A stretch of 13,189 nt of DNA from a virus: positions 1 to 13,189 of the IMG/VR virus record IMGVR_UViG_3300035498_001035; one strand, 5' to 3'. The stretch's first letter is position 1. Every line of letters begins with the position of its first letter. The position numbers were made by a program, and so were the translations under genes. The notes beneath the pieces were generated by a model. The model was not told the DNA's origin. It made no database searches and saw nothing but the letters and a program-made list of their open reading frames with translations. Positions 1 to 6,470 of this stretch are shown piece by piece.

Positions 1-1267
1 CACAACTTAATCTATCTTTCGAATAGCAATCTGCAAGTTTACTATCAAATTTTAAAACTTTCTCTTTCTTTTTCTTTTCTTTATCTCTAACAGCTTCTCT
101 AGCTTTCTTTGCGGCTTCCCTCGCTTTACGAGCATTAATCGACTTATCAAAAATTTTTTTAATTTCTTTTTCATTAATTTCAAATAATTCTTTTAATGCT
201 TTAGTAGAAAATTTTTGAACATAAGTTCTTCCTTCAGATGAGCTTAATTCTTCTTTATTTTGTCCTTTAAAAACTGGGTCAATCATTTTAAAATTAATAA
301 TTAAAAGTTGTCCTTCTTCAAAATCTGAGCCTTGAAGATTTTCATCTTTATCTTTAAGCCATTTTTTTTCTTTTGCGAATGTATTTAAAGTTGATGTAAA
401 GGCCGTTTTAAAACCAGTTAAATGAGTACCTTTATTTTGAGGAATATTATTTGTATATAATTTTACTATCGAATTATATGAATCATTATATCCAAAAGCT
501 ACTTCTACTTGAAAAGTGCCTTCATTTTCTTCAAAATAAAAAGGCGAACAAATAAAATTTTTATTTTTATTAAGATATTCAAGATAATCATAAAGTCCAT
601 TATTAGAAATATAAGAATTTTTTTCATCAAGTTCTTCATCATATAAAGTAAAAGTAAGTCCTTTACATAAAAAACTAAATTCTTGAATTTGAGTTTTTAA
701 TCTTTTTGCATCAAATTTAACCTCTTCAAGATATTTTGAATCTGGATAAAACTGTACTTGAACGCCACTTGTTTTTTTATCTTTAAAATCTTCTATAGTA
801 TGAGAAATTTTTATTCCATTTTTAAAATATATTTGTTCTATTTTCCCATCTCTAATAGATTGTACAAACATTTTACTAGAAAGTGCATTTACACATTTAG
901 CTCCAAGACCGTGCATCCCACCAGCTGAATTATATCCGCTTTGTCCTGTTGCATTAAGAAATTTACCTCCCGCATGCTCTTCTGTAAAACAAAGTTCTAA
1001 TGCAGTTTTTCCATTTTCTTTTTGCCCAATCGGAATTCCTCTTCCATTATCAGAAATTTTTAAGCTTCCATCTTTAAATAATACTAAATCAATTTTAGTG
1101 CAGCTACCATTTAAATACTCATCTATACTATTTGAAATAATTTCTTTTGCTAAATGATGAAGTCCATCTATATCTTTTGAACCTATATACATACCGGGAT
1201 ACTTTCTAACAGCTTCAAAAAAATTTAATTTTTGAATAGTATCTGTTGTATAACTATTATTTGTCAT
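1..1267 (-). CDS. gyrB: Type IIA DNA topoisomerase subunit B (GyrB / ParE / T4 gp39-like); N-terminal ATPase and transducer domains. Partial: the C-terminal Toprim part lies beyond the window start.
   Basis: ATG at 1267..1265. I translated all 422 codons by hand and found no stop. GHKL/GyrB signature motifs are present: FEAVRKYPGMYIGS, GLHHLAKEIISNSIDE, DNGRGIP, EEHAGGKF, GGMHGLGAKCVNALS, YLEYLNKNK, NNIPQNKGTHLTGF, QNKEELSSSE, and ARKAREAAKKAREAVR...KLADC (the linker into Toprim). Not in the ORF track because its stop is outside the window. Confidence 0.9.
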   Translation of the reverse strand, partial: MTNNSYTTDTIQKLNFFEAVRKYPGMYIGSKDIDGLHHLAKEIISNSIDEYLNGSCTKIDLVLFKDGSLKISDNGRGIPIGQKENGKTALELCFTEEHAGGKFLNATGQSGYNSAGGMHGLGAKCVNALSSKMFVQSIRDGKIEQIYFKNGIKISHTIEDFKDKKTSGVQVQFYPDSKYLEEVKFDAKRLKTQIQEFSFLCKGLTFTLYDEELDEKNSYISNNGLYDYLEYLNKNKNFICSPFYFEENEGTFQVEVAFGYNDSYNSIVKLYTNNIPQNKGTHLTGFKTAFTSTLNTFAKEKKWLKDKDENLQGSDFEEGQLLIINFKMIDPVFKGQNKEELSSSEGRTYVQKFSTKALKELFEINEKEIKKIFDKSINARKAREAAKKAREAVRDKEKKKKEKVLKFDSKLADCYSKDRLSC

Positions 1268-1304
1268 AATTATATTATTTTCCTTTCTTTTATATAATAT
1301 TAAA

Positions 1305-2135
1305 TTATATAATAAATTTACTTGTTTCTAATTTTAAATCTTCTATACATAAATTGTTATAATGTGTATAAGGTATTCTTATTAAAGGAATATTATTATC
1401 TTTGCACCATTGATTTTTAAATTTATCTCGTTCTTGTGTTTTTAATAATTTTTCAGTACCAGTTTCTTTTTGACTTCCAAAAGACATAGGATAAAAATGT
1501 TGTTCTCCATCATATTCAATTAAATATTTATTATCAATATAAAAATCAAATTTTGCAAAATAATTAGTATTAGGAAAAATACAAGTGTTAAAAGTTTTTT
1601 CTTTAATAAAAGATAAATTATTTTGTTTCAATAAATTTTCTATTTTTAATTCTCCCTTACTAATATTTTTATAACAATCACATGGATTATTACCTCGATT
1701 TCTTTTTAAGGAAATTAATTGGGAGGGAATTTCTTTAAATCTTTTACCACATTTTTTACATTCTATAACCCAATATATTCCACAAGCATTTTTTTCATTT
1801 GTTGGTTCTATAAATTTATAAAAAGGATTATCTATTTTTGAATAATCTTTTGAATAAGATTTTTTTCCAATTTTTTCACACATTTTTTTATGAAGCTCTT
1901 TATTATAACATCCGCAGGATTTAGTAGAGCCATTTCTAAAAGCATTTAATTTTAATAAAGTATAATTACCACATTTACATTTACAAATTATAGTAGCTCC
2001 TCTTCCCGATTTTGGAGCAGGTCCTCTATCACACACGGTGAGCATTCCATCAGGATTTGTTTCTCCGATTTTTACTGAAGACTGTCCTATTGGGATTGAT
2101 TGTACTTGAGTTCCATCTTTTAAAATATATAACAT
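1305..2135 (-). CDS. Free-standing homing-endonuclease-like protein. Two Cys-rich zinc-binding-type repeats sit N-terminal to a C-terminal DUF559/Vsr-like PD-(D/E)XK nuclease fold.
   Basis: Complete ORF of 276 aa, ATG at 2135, TAA stop, RBS GAAAGG. The N-terminal half has two similar Cys clusters (CKCKCGN...STKSCGC and ECKKCGKRF...NPCDC). The C-terminal ~80 aa (FDFYIDNKYLIEYDGEQH ... ERD ... NIPLIRIPY) fits the D...(I/V)E.DG..H ... R ... (I/V)R pattern of DUF559/Vsr-type endonuclease domains, which are common in phage homing-endonuclease genes. It sits in the intergenic slot between rnh and the topoisomerase gene. Confidence 0.5.
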   Translation of the reverse strand: MLYILKDGTQVQSIPIGQSSVKIGETNPDGMLTVCDRGPAPKSGRGATIICKCKCGNYTLLKLNAFRNGSTKSCGCYNKELHKKMCEKIGKKSYSKDYSKIDNPFYKFIEPTNEKNACGIYWVIECKKCGKRFKEIPSQLISLKRNRGNNPCDCYKNISKGELKIENLLKQNNLSFIKEKTFNTCIFPNTNYFAKFDFYIDNKYLIEYDGEQHFYPMSFGSQKETGTEKLLKTQERDKFKNQWCKDNNIPLIRIPYTHYNNLCIEDLKLETSKFII

Positions 2136-2254
2136 AATTTTATACCTTTCTTTTTTAAATATATAAAATTTAATATATTTATATTATTTAATGTTACCCA
2201 AATTTTATCTTGGGATAATATAAAATAAATATTTACAATTTTTTATTATAATTA

Positions 2255-2283
2255 ATTATATCATATTTTATAAAATTAGTCAA
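2255..2283 (-). promoter_or_regulatory. Sigma-70/SigA-type promoter candidate, TTGACT-N17-TATAAT, reading into the HEG-like ORF and gyrB-like gene.
   Basis: On the minus strand the -35 is TTGACT (2283..2278), the spacer is 17 nt and the -10 is TATAAT (2260..2255). It lies immediately downstream of the RNase H stop. AT-rich DNA produces chance matches, hence the moderate confidence. Confidence 0.35.
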
Positions 2284-2288
2284 TTTTT

Positions 2289-2777
2289 TTATATTAATCC
2301 TTGTAAAGTAGCATTATTTATAATTTTGGCAATTTTAGTTTTATTATTAGTAGCAAGTGCATCTGCAAGTTCATTTTCTAAAATTCCACAATGAGATTTA
2401 CAATGGATTACTTGACAATTAAAAAAATCTATGGTAAGATAATTATAAAGAGATTTAATTAAATCAATATTTTCTATTTGTTTCTTTTTGCTATTTATCC
2501 AATTATTCTTTGCCCATAAATATATCCATGAATTACATATATTAACACAATATGCAGAATCTGAATATATTAAACAAGTTTCATTTTTAAATCTAGTTTG
2601 TGCTAATTCAAAAGCTAAAAGAATAGCTTTTAATTCAGCTTGATTATTAGTAATAAGAGGTTCTTGAACATTTTCACAATCAATTATTTTTTGAGTTTCT
2701 TTATCTTTTATTACAATAGCATAACCACCCGGACCGGGATTACCTTTACTACTTCCATCAGTATAAATTTCTATCAT
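2289..2777 (-). CDS. rnhA: Ribonuclease HI (RNase H type 1)
   Basis: 162 aa. Motifs YTDGSSKGNPGPGGYA, TNNQAEL.A, YSDSAY, WAKNNW and HCGILENELADALA are the canonical RNase HI catalytic DEDD region and basic protrusion. ATG at 2777, TAA stop. Confidence 0.9.
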   Translation of the reverse strand: MIEIYTDGSSKGNPGPGGYAIVIKDKETQKIIDCENVQEPLITNNQAELKAILLAFELAQTRFKNETCLIYSDSAYCVNICNSWIYLWAKNNWINSKKKQIENIDLIKSLYNYLTIDFFNCQVIHCKSHCGILENELADALATNNKTKIAKIINNATLQGLI

Positions 2778-2840
2778 TTTTTTTAAACTATCCTTTCCTA
2801 TTTTATAATAATTGAGTAAGCTATTTTTTATTTCATTCTT

Positions 2841-2869
2841 ATTATAATATAATTTTTGAAGAAAATCAA
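2841..2869 (-). promoter_or_regulatory. Promoter candidate TTGATT-N17-TATAAT upstream of rnhA.
   Basis: Minus strand: -35 TTGATT (2869..2864), 17-nt spacer, -10 TATAAT (2846..2841). It sits between the endolysin terminator and the rnhA start. The same architecture recurs at 6409..6437 and 11266..11294. Confidence 0.35.
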
Positions 2870-2890
2870 ATACCTTTACTAAAAATTAGT

Positions 2891-2926
2891 TAAAATAAAT
2901 AAAAAAAATAAGTGAGTAGCAAAATG
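2891..2926 (-). terminator. Rho-independent terminator, read on the minus strand, ending the lysis-cassette transcript.
   Basis: Perfect 11-bp inverted repeat aagtgagtagc (2900-2910) / gctactcactt (2916-2926) with a 5-nt loop. On the minus-strand RNA it is followed by A-U8-AUUUAUUUUA (complement of the a8 run at 2891-2898). It starts 14 nt after the endolysin stop. Confidence 0.7.
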
Positions 2927-2939
2927 CTACTCACTTATA

Positions 2940-3713
2940 TTACACTTTCTCAGTATACTTTAAAGAAATCCAACCGGCACCTGATTTTAACTTACCCCAA
3001 CCATTATTTTCTTGAACAATAGTATAAGTACCTTTATCAGTAATTTTACCAACAATAGGATAAGTAGTCCCAGCACCACTTCTAATATTTAAAATACTTG
3101 CGGTTACCTTGACTTTATACGCGGAAGTTGAGGTAGAAGAAACTTTAGCTGGAGTTGAAGTTGCACTAACCGACACCCCGCTCAATTTATTTGTCACCTC
3201 TTGTGCTAAATTGCCCATTTTATTATACATCCAGTCGCCAGGACATGACTTTGCGGCAAACCATCTATGAACTGTTAATAACATTTCATCATCTTTTGGA
3301 GTATAATTTAATGCAGTATTTTTATTTTCAATCCAAATTAATTTAGTTTTATTATATCTTTTACAGATATCTATACATAAATTAATTAATGAATTATATA
3401 CTTTATCATTAAAAGCATAAGGGGCGGTTTTATCTGACGCACATTCTATTGTAATAGCCCTTTGGTCATTATCATTATTTGAACTACACCAAGAACGATT
3501 ATTTTCATCTACACAAAGAAGAATCCTACCATCTGTGCCTATGCCATAATTACAACTAGCTTGTCTACTTGAATTAGCAAAAGTATTTCCTAAACTTTCT
3601 ACACTTAATTGACCTACAACACAATGTGGAGTAATTCTATCAATTTTATGTGTTCTAGTTCCACTATGATTAGGGCTTAATTTTGTGTAATTAACTAAAC
3701 TACTTTTACTCAT
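2940..3713 (-). CDS. Endolysin: N-acetylmuramoyl-L-alanine amidase (Amidase_2/PGRP fold) with a C-terminal SH3b cell-wall-binding domain.
   Basis: 257 aa with a strong RBS AAGGAGA. The N-terminal domain aligns with CwlA/T7-lysozyme-type amidase_2 (ITPHCV, NYGIGTDGRI, NRSWCSS, ITIECAS, VHRWFAAKSCPGDWMY). A Ser/Thr-rich linker follows. The C-terminal stretch LNIRSGAGTTYPIVGKI...GWGKL..GWISLKY is a typical SH3_3/SH3b domain. Confidence 0.85.
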   Translation of the reverse strand: MSKSSLVNYTKLSPNHSGTRTHKIDRITPHCVVGQLSVESLGNTFANSSRQASCNYGIGTDGRILLCVDENNRSWCSSNNDNDQRAITIECASDKTAPYAFNDKVYNSLINLCIDICKRYNKTKLIWIENKNTALNYTPKDDEMLLTVHRWFAAKSCPGDWMYNKMGNLAQEVTNKLSGVSVSATSTPAKVSSTSTSAYKVKVTASILNIRSGAGTTYPIVGKITDKGTYTIVQENNGWGKLKSGAGWISLKYTEKV

Positions 3714-3728
3714 ATTAATTCTCCTTAA

Positions 3729-4073
3729 TTATTTATTTATATAATTTTGTAAATTTGAATTTTGTTCTAATATATTTTTAAATTCGTCTAAAACTTCATC
3801 TACTAAATTGCTAAAATATTCAAAAGAAATAATTTTTGAAAGATATGGAAATTTAGTTAAAAACATATTATATACATAACTAAGCTTAATTTGTCCAGTT
3901 CCTGAACCTAATTCTTTTTCTGCTATAGTTACTGCATAAAGTAACCATTCTTTTATTTTTGCAATTTGTTCTGTTTTTGGGGTTTTTATAAAAATATAAA
4001 TTTCATATCCAATTGCAGCAATAGCCGCAATAATTATAATAATTAAAACCCAATTAGAAATTAAAAATTCCAT
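3729..4073 (-). CDS. Holin, LL-H-family-like (single N-terminal TM helix).
   Basis: 114 aa. N-terminal TM helix WVLIIIIIAAIAAIGY, then YAVTIAEKELGSGTGQIKLSYVY, which resembles the conserved AE..G.G.G..K motif of Holin_LLH proteins. It lies immediately upstream of the endolysin with a 15-nt gap. RBS AAAGGAGA. Confidence 0.5.
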   Translation of the reverse strand: MEFLISNWVLIIIIIAAIAAIGYEIYIFIKTPKTEQIAKIKEWLLYAVTIAEKELGSGTGQIKLSYVYNMFLTKFPYLSKIISFEYFSNLVDEVLDEFKNILEQNSNLQNYINK

Positions 4074-4087
4074 AATATTTATCTCCT

Positions 4088-4492
4088 TTATCCTACAATA
4101 TTATCATTATTATTATTTATTTCAAATTGTTTCATTGCTATATCATATGTAATTCCATTTTTAGTATTTTCTTTAGTAGATTTTAAAGCGTAGATAGCAA
4201 AAGAAAAAATTTCTCCTATTGTAACTCCTATTAATGTAGTTAATGGAGAAAAATCAGGAGCTAAATTGGTATATTTTGCTAATTGCAAACTTTGAACAAC
4301 AGTCCAGCCAGTAAATAATTCAATAATAGTACAATTTATAAATAAAAATAAAATTAATAATTTTGTTGTAGTAATTTTTTTCTTTTTATGTAATTCTTTT
4401 TTTTCTTCATCTATTTTTTGTTGTCTTTTTATTAAATCCTTTTTAGCAGCCCACAGTTCCTCTTCTTTTTTTATTTTTTTCTCATTTAACAT
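4088..4492 (-). CDS. Lysis-cassette membrane protein of unknown function. It has a charged coiled N-terminus and two TM helices, and could be a holin partner, antiholin or other lysis regulator.
   Basis: 134 aa. Lys/Glu-rich N-terminal 40 aa, then two hydrophobic helices (LLILFLFINCTIIELFTGW and LTTLIGVTIGEIFSFAIYAL). It is the first gene after the 4586-4614 terminator and the promoter candidate. RBS GGAG. Confidence 0.45.
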   Translation of the reverse strand: MLNEKKIKKEEELWAAKKDLIKRQQKIDEEKKELHKKKKITTTKLLILFLFINCTIIELFTGWTVVQSLQLAKYTNLAPDFSPLTTLIGVTIGEIFSFAIYALKSTKENTKNGITYDIAMKQFEINNNNDNIVG

Positions 4493-4548
4493 AAATGTGA
4501 TATCTCCATTTTTTTTAAATATAAACTTTTATAAGAAATATTAAATTC

Positions 4549-4577
4549 ATTTTAGATAAATTAATCACTTTTGCCAA
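4549..4577 (-). promoter_or_regulatory. Promoter candidate TTGGCA-N17-TAAAAT for the lysis cassette.
   Basis: Minus strand: -35 TTGGCA (4577..4572), 17-nt spacer, -10 TAAAAT (4554..4549). It lies about 55 nt upstream of the ORF 4088-4492 start and just downstream of the 4586-4614 terminator. Confidence 0.3.
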
Positions 4578-4580
4578 ATA

Positions 4581-4614
4581 AAAAAAAGAAGTTAATATAA
4601 AATATTAACTTCTT
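4581..4614 (-). terminator. Rho-independent terminator read on the minus strand; possibly bidirectional.
   Basis: Perfect 13-bp inverted repeat aagaagttaatat (4586-4598) / atattaacttctt (4602-4614) with a 3-nt loop. On the minus RNA it is followed by U7 (complement of a7 at 4581-4587). The plus-strand side is also T-rich. It overlaps the TAA stop of ORF 4605-4889. Confidence 0.6.
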
Positions 4615-4889
4615 ATTTTATTAATTTTTTCTTGTAATTCTTTACTATTGCCAGTTCCGCTATGTCCAAATATCATGCCAATAACACTAATTACTCCACA
4701 TATTAAAGGAATTGAATCTGGGCTAATATTAATATGTAATAAAGCTAATCCAGCACAAAAAGTTACTCCAAAAATTTTCTTAATGAATATTCCAATTATC
4801 CAGCCTTCAGCAAAAGATAAAATAGAAATAATTATAGCACAAAGAATTATTGCAATAACCATAATTAGAAAAATAGCAAATATTTCCAT
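4605..4889 (-). CDS. Small 3-TM membrane protein, possibly a class-I-type holin or other membrane factor.
   Basis: 94 aa, three hydrophobic helices and a charged C-terminal tail (NSKELQEKINKIRS). RBS AAAGGAG. It is followed directly by the terminator. The plus-strand ORF 4648-4917 is its shadow. Confidence 0.45.
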   Translation of the reverse strand: MEIFAIFLIMVIAIILCAIIISILSFAEGWIIGIFIKKIFGVTFCAGLALLHINISPDSIPLICGVISVIGMIFGHSGTGNSKELQEKINKIRS

Positions 4890-4894
4890 TTATT

Positions 4895-5428
4895 TTAATA
4901 AGCTCCTTTCTTATTGATATCTTCAATAATAGTATTTAAATTAACAGGATAGCAATTGTGGGCATCCATATTTACATTATAAGTATGTGGCACGTCGCTC
5001 CATTTATTTTGACTATGAGTATGTCCATGCAGGCTATAAATAAATTTCTTTTCACCCATATTTGCAACTAATTGCGGATAATGACTTAAAACAAAAGTTT
5101 TTTTACCTACTTTAATACGATATCCCATTTGAACATCTTTAATGTTTTTAATAGTTTTGAATAACTTCTCGCGGGTATCCGTATCATGGTTCCCTAGAGC
5201 TAAAATAATATTCCCATTAAGTTGGCTTAATAATTTTAAACCTTCTTCATTATTGCCTAGCATAACATCTCCAAGATGATACACAATATCATTATATCCT
5301 ACAACAGAGTTCCATCTTTCAATAATTGTTTCATTCATTTCTTCAATACTATTAAAACCACGTGGCTTCCAGATAAAATCCTTATTATGCGCCAAATGAG
5401 TGTCACTAGTAAGCCAAATTTCTGACAT
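4895..5428 (-). CDS. Calcineurin-like metallophosphoesterase; likely the phosphatase partner of the adjacent polynucleotide kinase.
   Basis: 177 aa. The motifs SDTHLAH (D-x-H), GDV, GNHD and HGHTH are the metal-binding motifs of the binuclear metallophosphoesterase fold. Perfect RBS AAGGAGGA. Its start is 19 nt downstream of the pnk stop. Confidence 0.8.
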   Translation of the reverse strand: MSEIWLTSDTHLAHNKDFIWKPRGFNSIEEMNETIIERWNSVVGYNDIVYHLGDVMLGNNEEGLKLLSQLNGNIILALGNHDTDTREKLFKTIKNIKDVQMGYRIKVGKKTFVLSHYPQLVANMGEKKFIYSLHGHTHSQNKWSDVPHTYNVNMDAHNCYPVNLNTIIEDINKKGAY

Positions 5429-5446
5429 TTTTATTCCTCCTTATAA

Positions 5447-5968
5447 TTAATTAATATAAATTTCATCTTTAATAATATTAGCGTTTATACGACATTGAAT
5501 AGGTTTATTATCTTCAATTATATAAATTTTGTTAAATCCTTCATCAAAATCTGGTGCTTCAATATTACCATACATGCGGCGAAGCTGGTTTTCAGGAACA
5601 TATGACCGAGTTCCCGCGCGATTTGCATTTCTATTGATGCACTCTTCTAATGGAGTTTTTATCCATATAACTTCAATTGAACTAGGCTTGACTGTAATAT
5701 TTCTTAATAACTTATTTCTTGAACTTCTATTTAAATGAGTTGCATCTGCAAAAACATTATATCCAGCTTTTAAATTCTCATTAATTTGTCTTATATATTC
5801 TGCATATACTTGCTTTTCTTTTGAAAAATACTCTTCATCTTCTGACACCATAGAAAATCTAATTTCGTCACGAGAAATATATTTGTCAGTTTCAATATTC
5901 ATATGATTTCGAGTCCATGTACTCTTACCAGCACCTGGACATCCCATTAACATATATAAATTACTCAT
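5447..5968 (-). CDS. Polynucleotide 5'-kinase, T4 Pnk kinase-domain homolog (P-loop; kinase domain only, no fused HAD phosphatase).
   Basis: 173 aa. Motifs align with the T4 Pnk N-terminal kinase: GCPGAGKSTWTRNH (Walker A, GCPGSGKSTWAREF in T4), ISRDEIRFS (INRDDYRQS), FADATHLNRSSR (ISDTNLNPERR), RNANRAGTRSYVPENQLRRMY (RNSKRGTKAVPIDVLRSMY). Confidence 0.85.
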   Translation of the reverse strand: MSNLYMLMGCPGAGKSTWTRNHMNIETDKYISRDEIRFSMVSEDEEYFSKEKQVYAEYIRQINENLKAGYNVFADATHLNRSSRNKLLRNITVKPSSIEVIWIKTPLEECINRNANRAGTRSYVPENQLRRMYGNIEAPDFDEGFNKIYIIEDNKPIQCRINANIIKDEIYIN

Positions 5969-5969
5969 A

Positions 5970-6371
5970 TTACCAACCTCTATTCAATAAATTTTTTGTT
6001 TCATCATTAGGATTGTCTTTTAAGATTCGATGCCCGCATGAATAATCACCTTTTGAGTTCCAACATTTACCAGACCTATTGTATTTACAATCTGTCTTTG
6101 AACAACTTAATAATTCTGCTACAGGAACTTTTTCTCCATTTACAAATCTACCTAAACGGAACTCTTCTTGAAAATCTTCTAATCTATATGCCCCGAAAGG
6201 ACGAATTTCTGCGTGATTGGTCGTTTTTTGGCATTCCAAGCAAAACATTTTTTTCAAATGCCCAGCTTCTCTTTGTTTACCAACTTGTCGAGGTACCATT
6301 ACCCCTTCTTTTCCACACTCAGTACAAAACATTCTACTAATTGTAAAACCATTATTGTTCTTTTTCCCCAT
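5970..6371 (-). CDS. Cys-rich zinc-ribbon protein of unknown function.
   Basis: 133 aa. N-terminal CxxC...(~20 aa)...CxxC ribbon (FCTECGKEG...HLKKMFCLECQKTTNH) with a loose resemblance to bL33-type ribbons. The C-terminus has a second Cys/His cluster (CSKTDCKYNRSGKCWNSKGDYSCGH). ATG at 6371, RBS GAAGGT. Its stop lies 2 nt upstream of the pnk start. Confidence 0.5.
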   Translation of the reverse strand: MGKKNNNGFTISRMFCTECGKEGVMVPRQVGKQREAGHLKKMFCLECQKTTNHAEIRPFGAYRLEDFQEEFRLGRFVNGEKVPVAELLSCSKTDCKYNRSGKCWNSKGDYSCGHRILKDNPNDETKNLLNRGW

Positions 6372-6408
6372 TTATTATCATACCTTCTTTTTCTTATTTT
6401 ATAAATAT

Positions 6409-6437
6409 ATTATATAATATTTTTTTAATAAAATCAA
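6409..6437 (-). promoter_or_regulatory. Promoter candidate TTGATT-N17-TATAAT upstream of the Cys-rich/pnk/phosphoesterase block.
   Basis: Minus strand: -35 TTGATT (6437..6432), 17-nt spacer, -10 TATAAT (6414..6409). It is about 38 nt upstream of the ORF 5970-6371 ATG and partly overlaps the foot of the MVP terminator hairpin. Confidence 0.35.
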
Positions 6438-6470
6438 AAAGAATGATATTTCTATCATTCTTTTATCATT
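6437..6470 (-). terminator. Intrinsic terminator candidate immediately after the MVP-homolog stop.
   Basis: Perfect 12-bp inverted repeat aaaagaatgata (6437-6448) / tatcattctttt (6453-6464) with a 4-nt loop. On the minus RNA the stem ends in UUUU and is followed by UGAUUUUAUU. AT-rich stem, so moderate confidence. Confidence 0.5.

Noticed and set aside
2195-2216. Short inverted repeat tacccaa/ttgggat downstream of rnhA as a possible terminator.
   Set aside because: Only a 5-bp perfect stem with an 8-nt loop and no U-tract on the minus-strand RNA, so it is too weak. The near-consensus promoter 40 nt away is the more convincing signal in this intergenic region.
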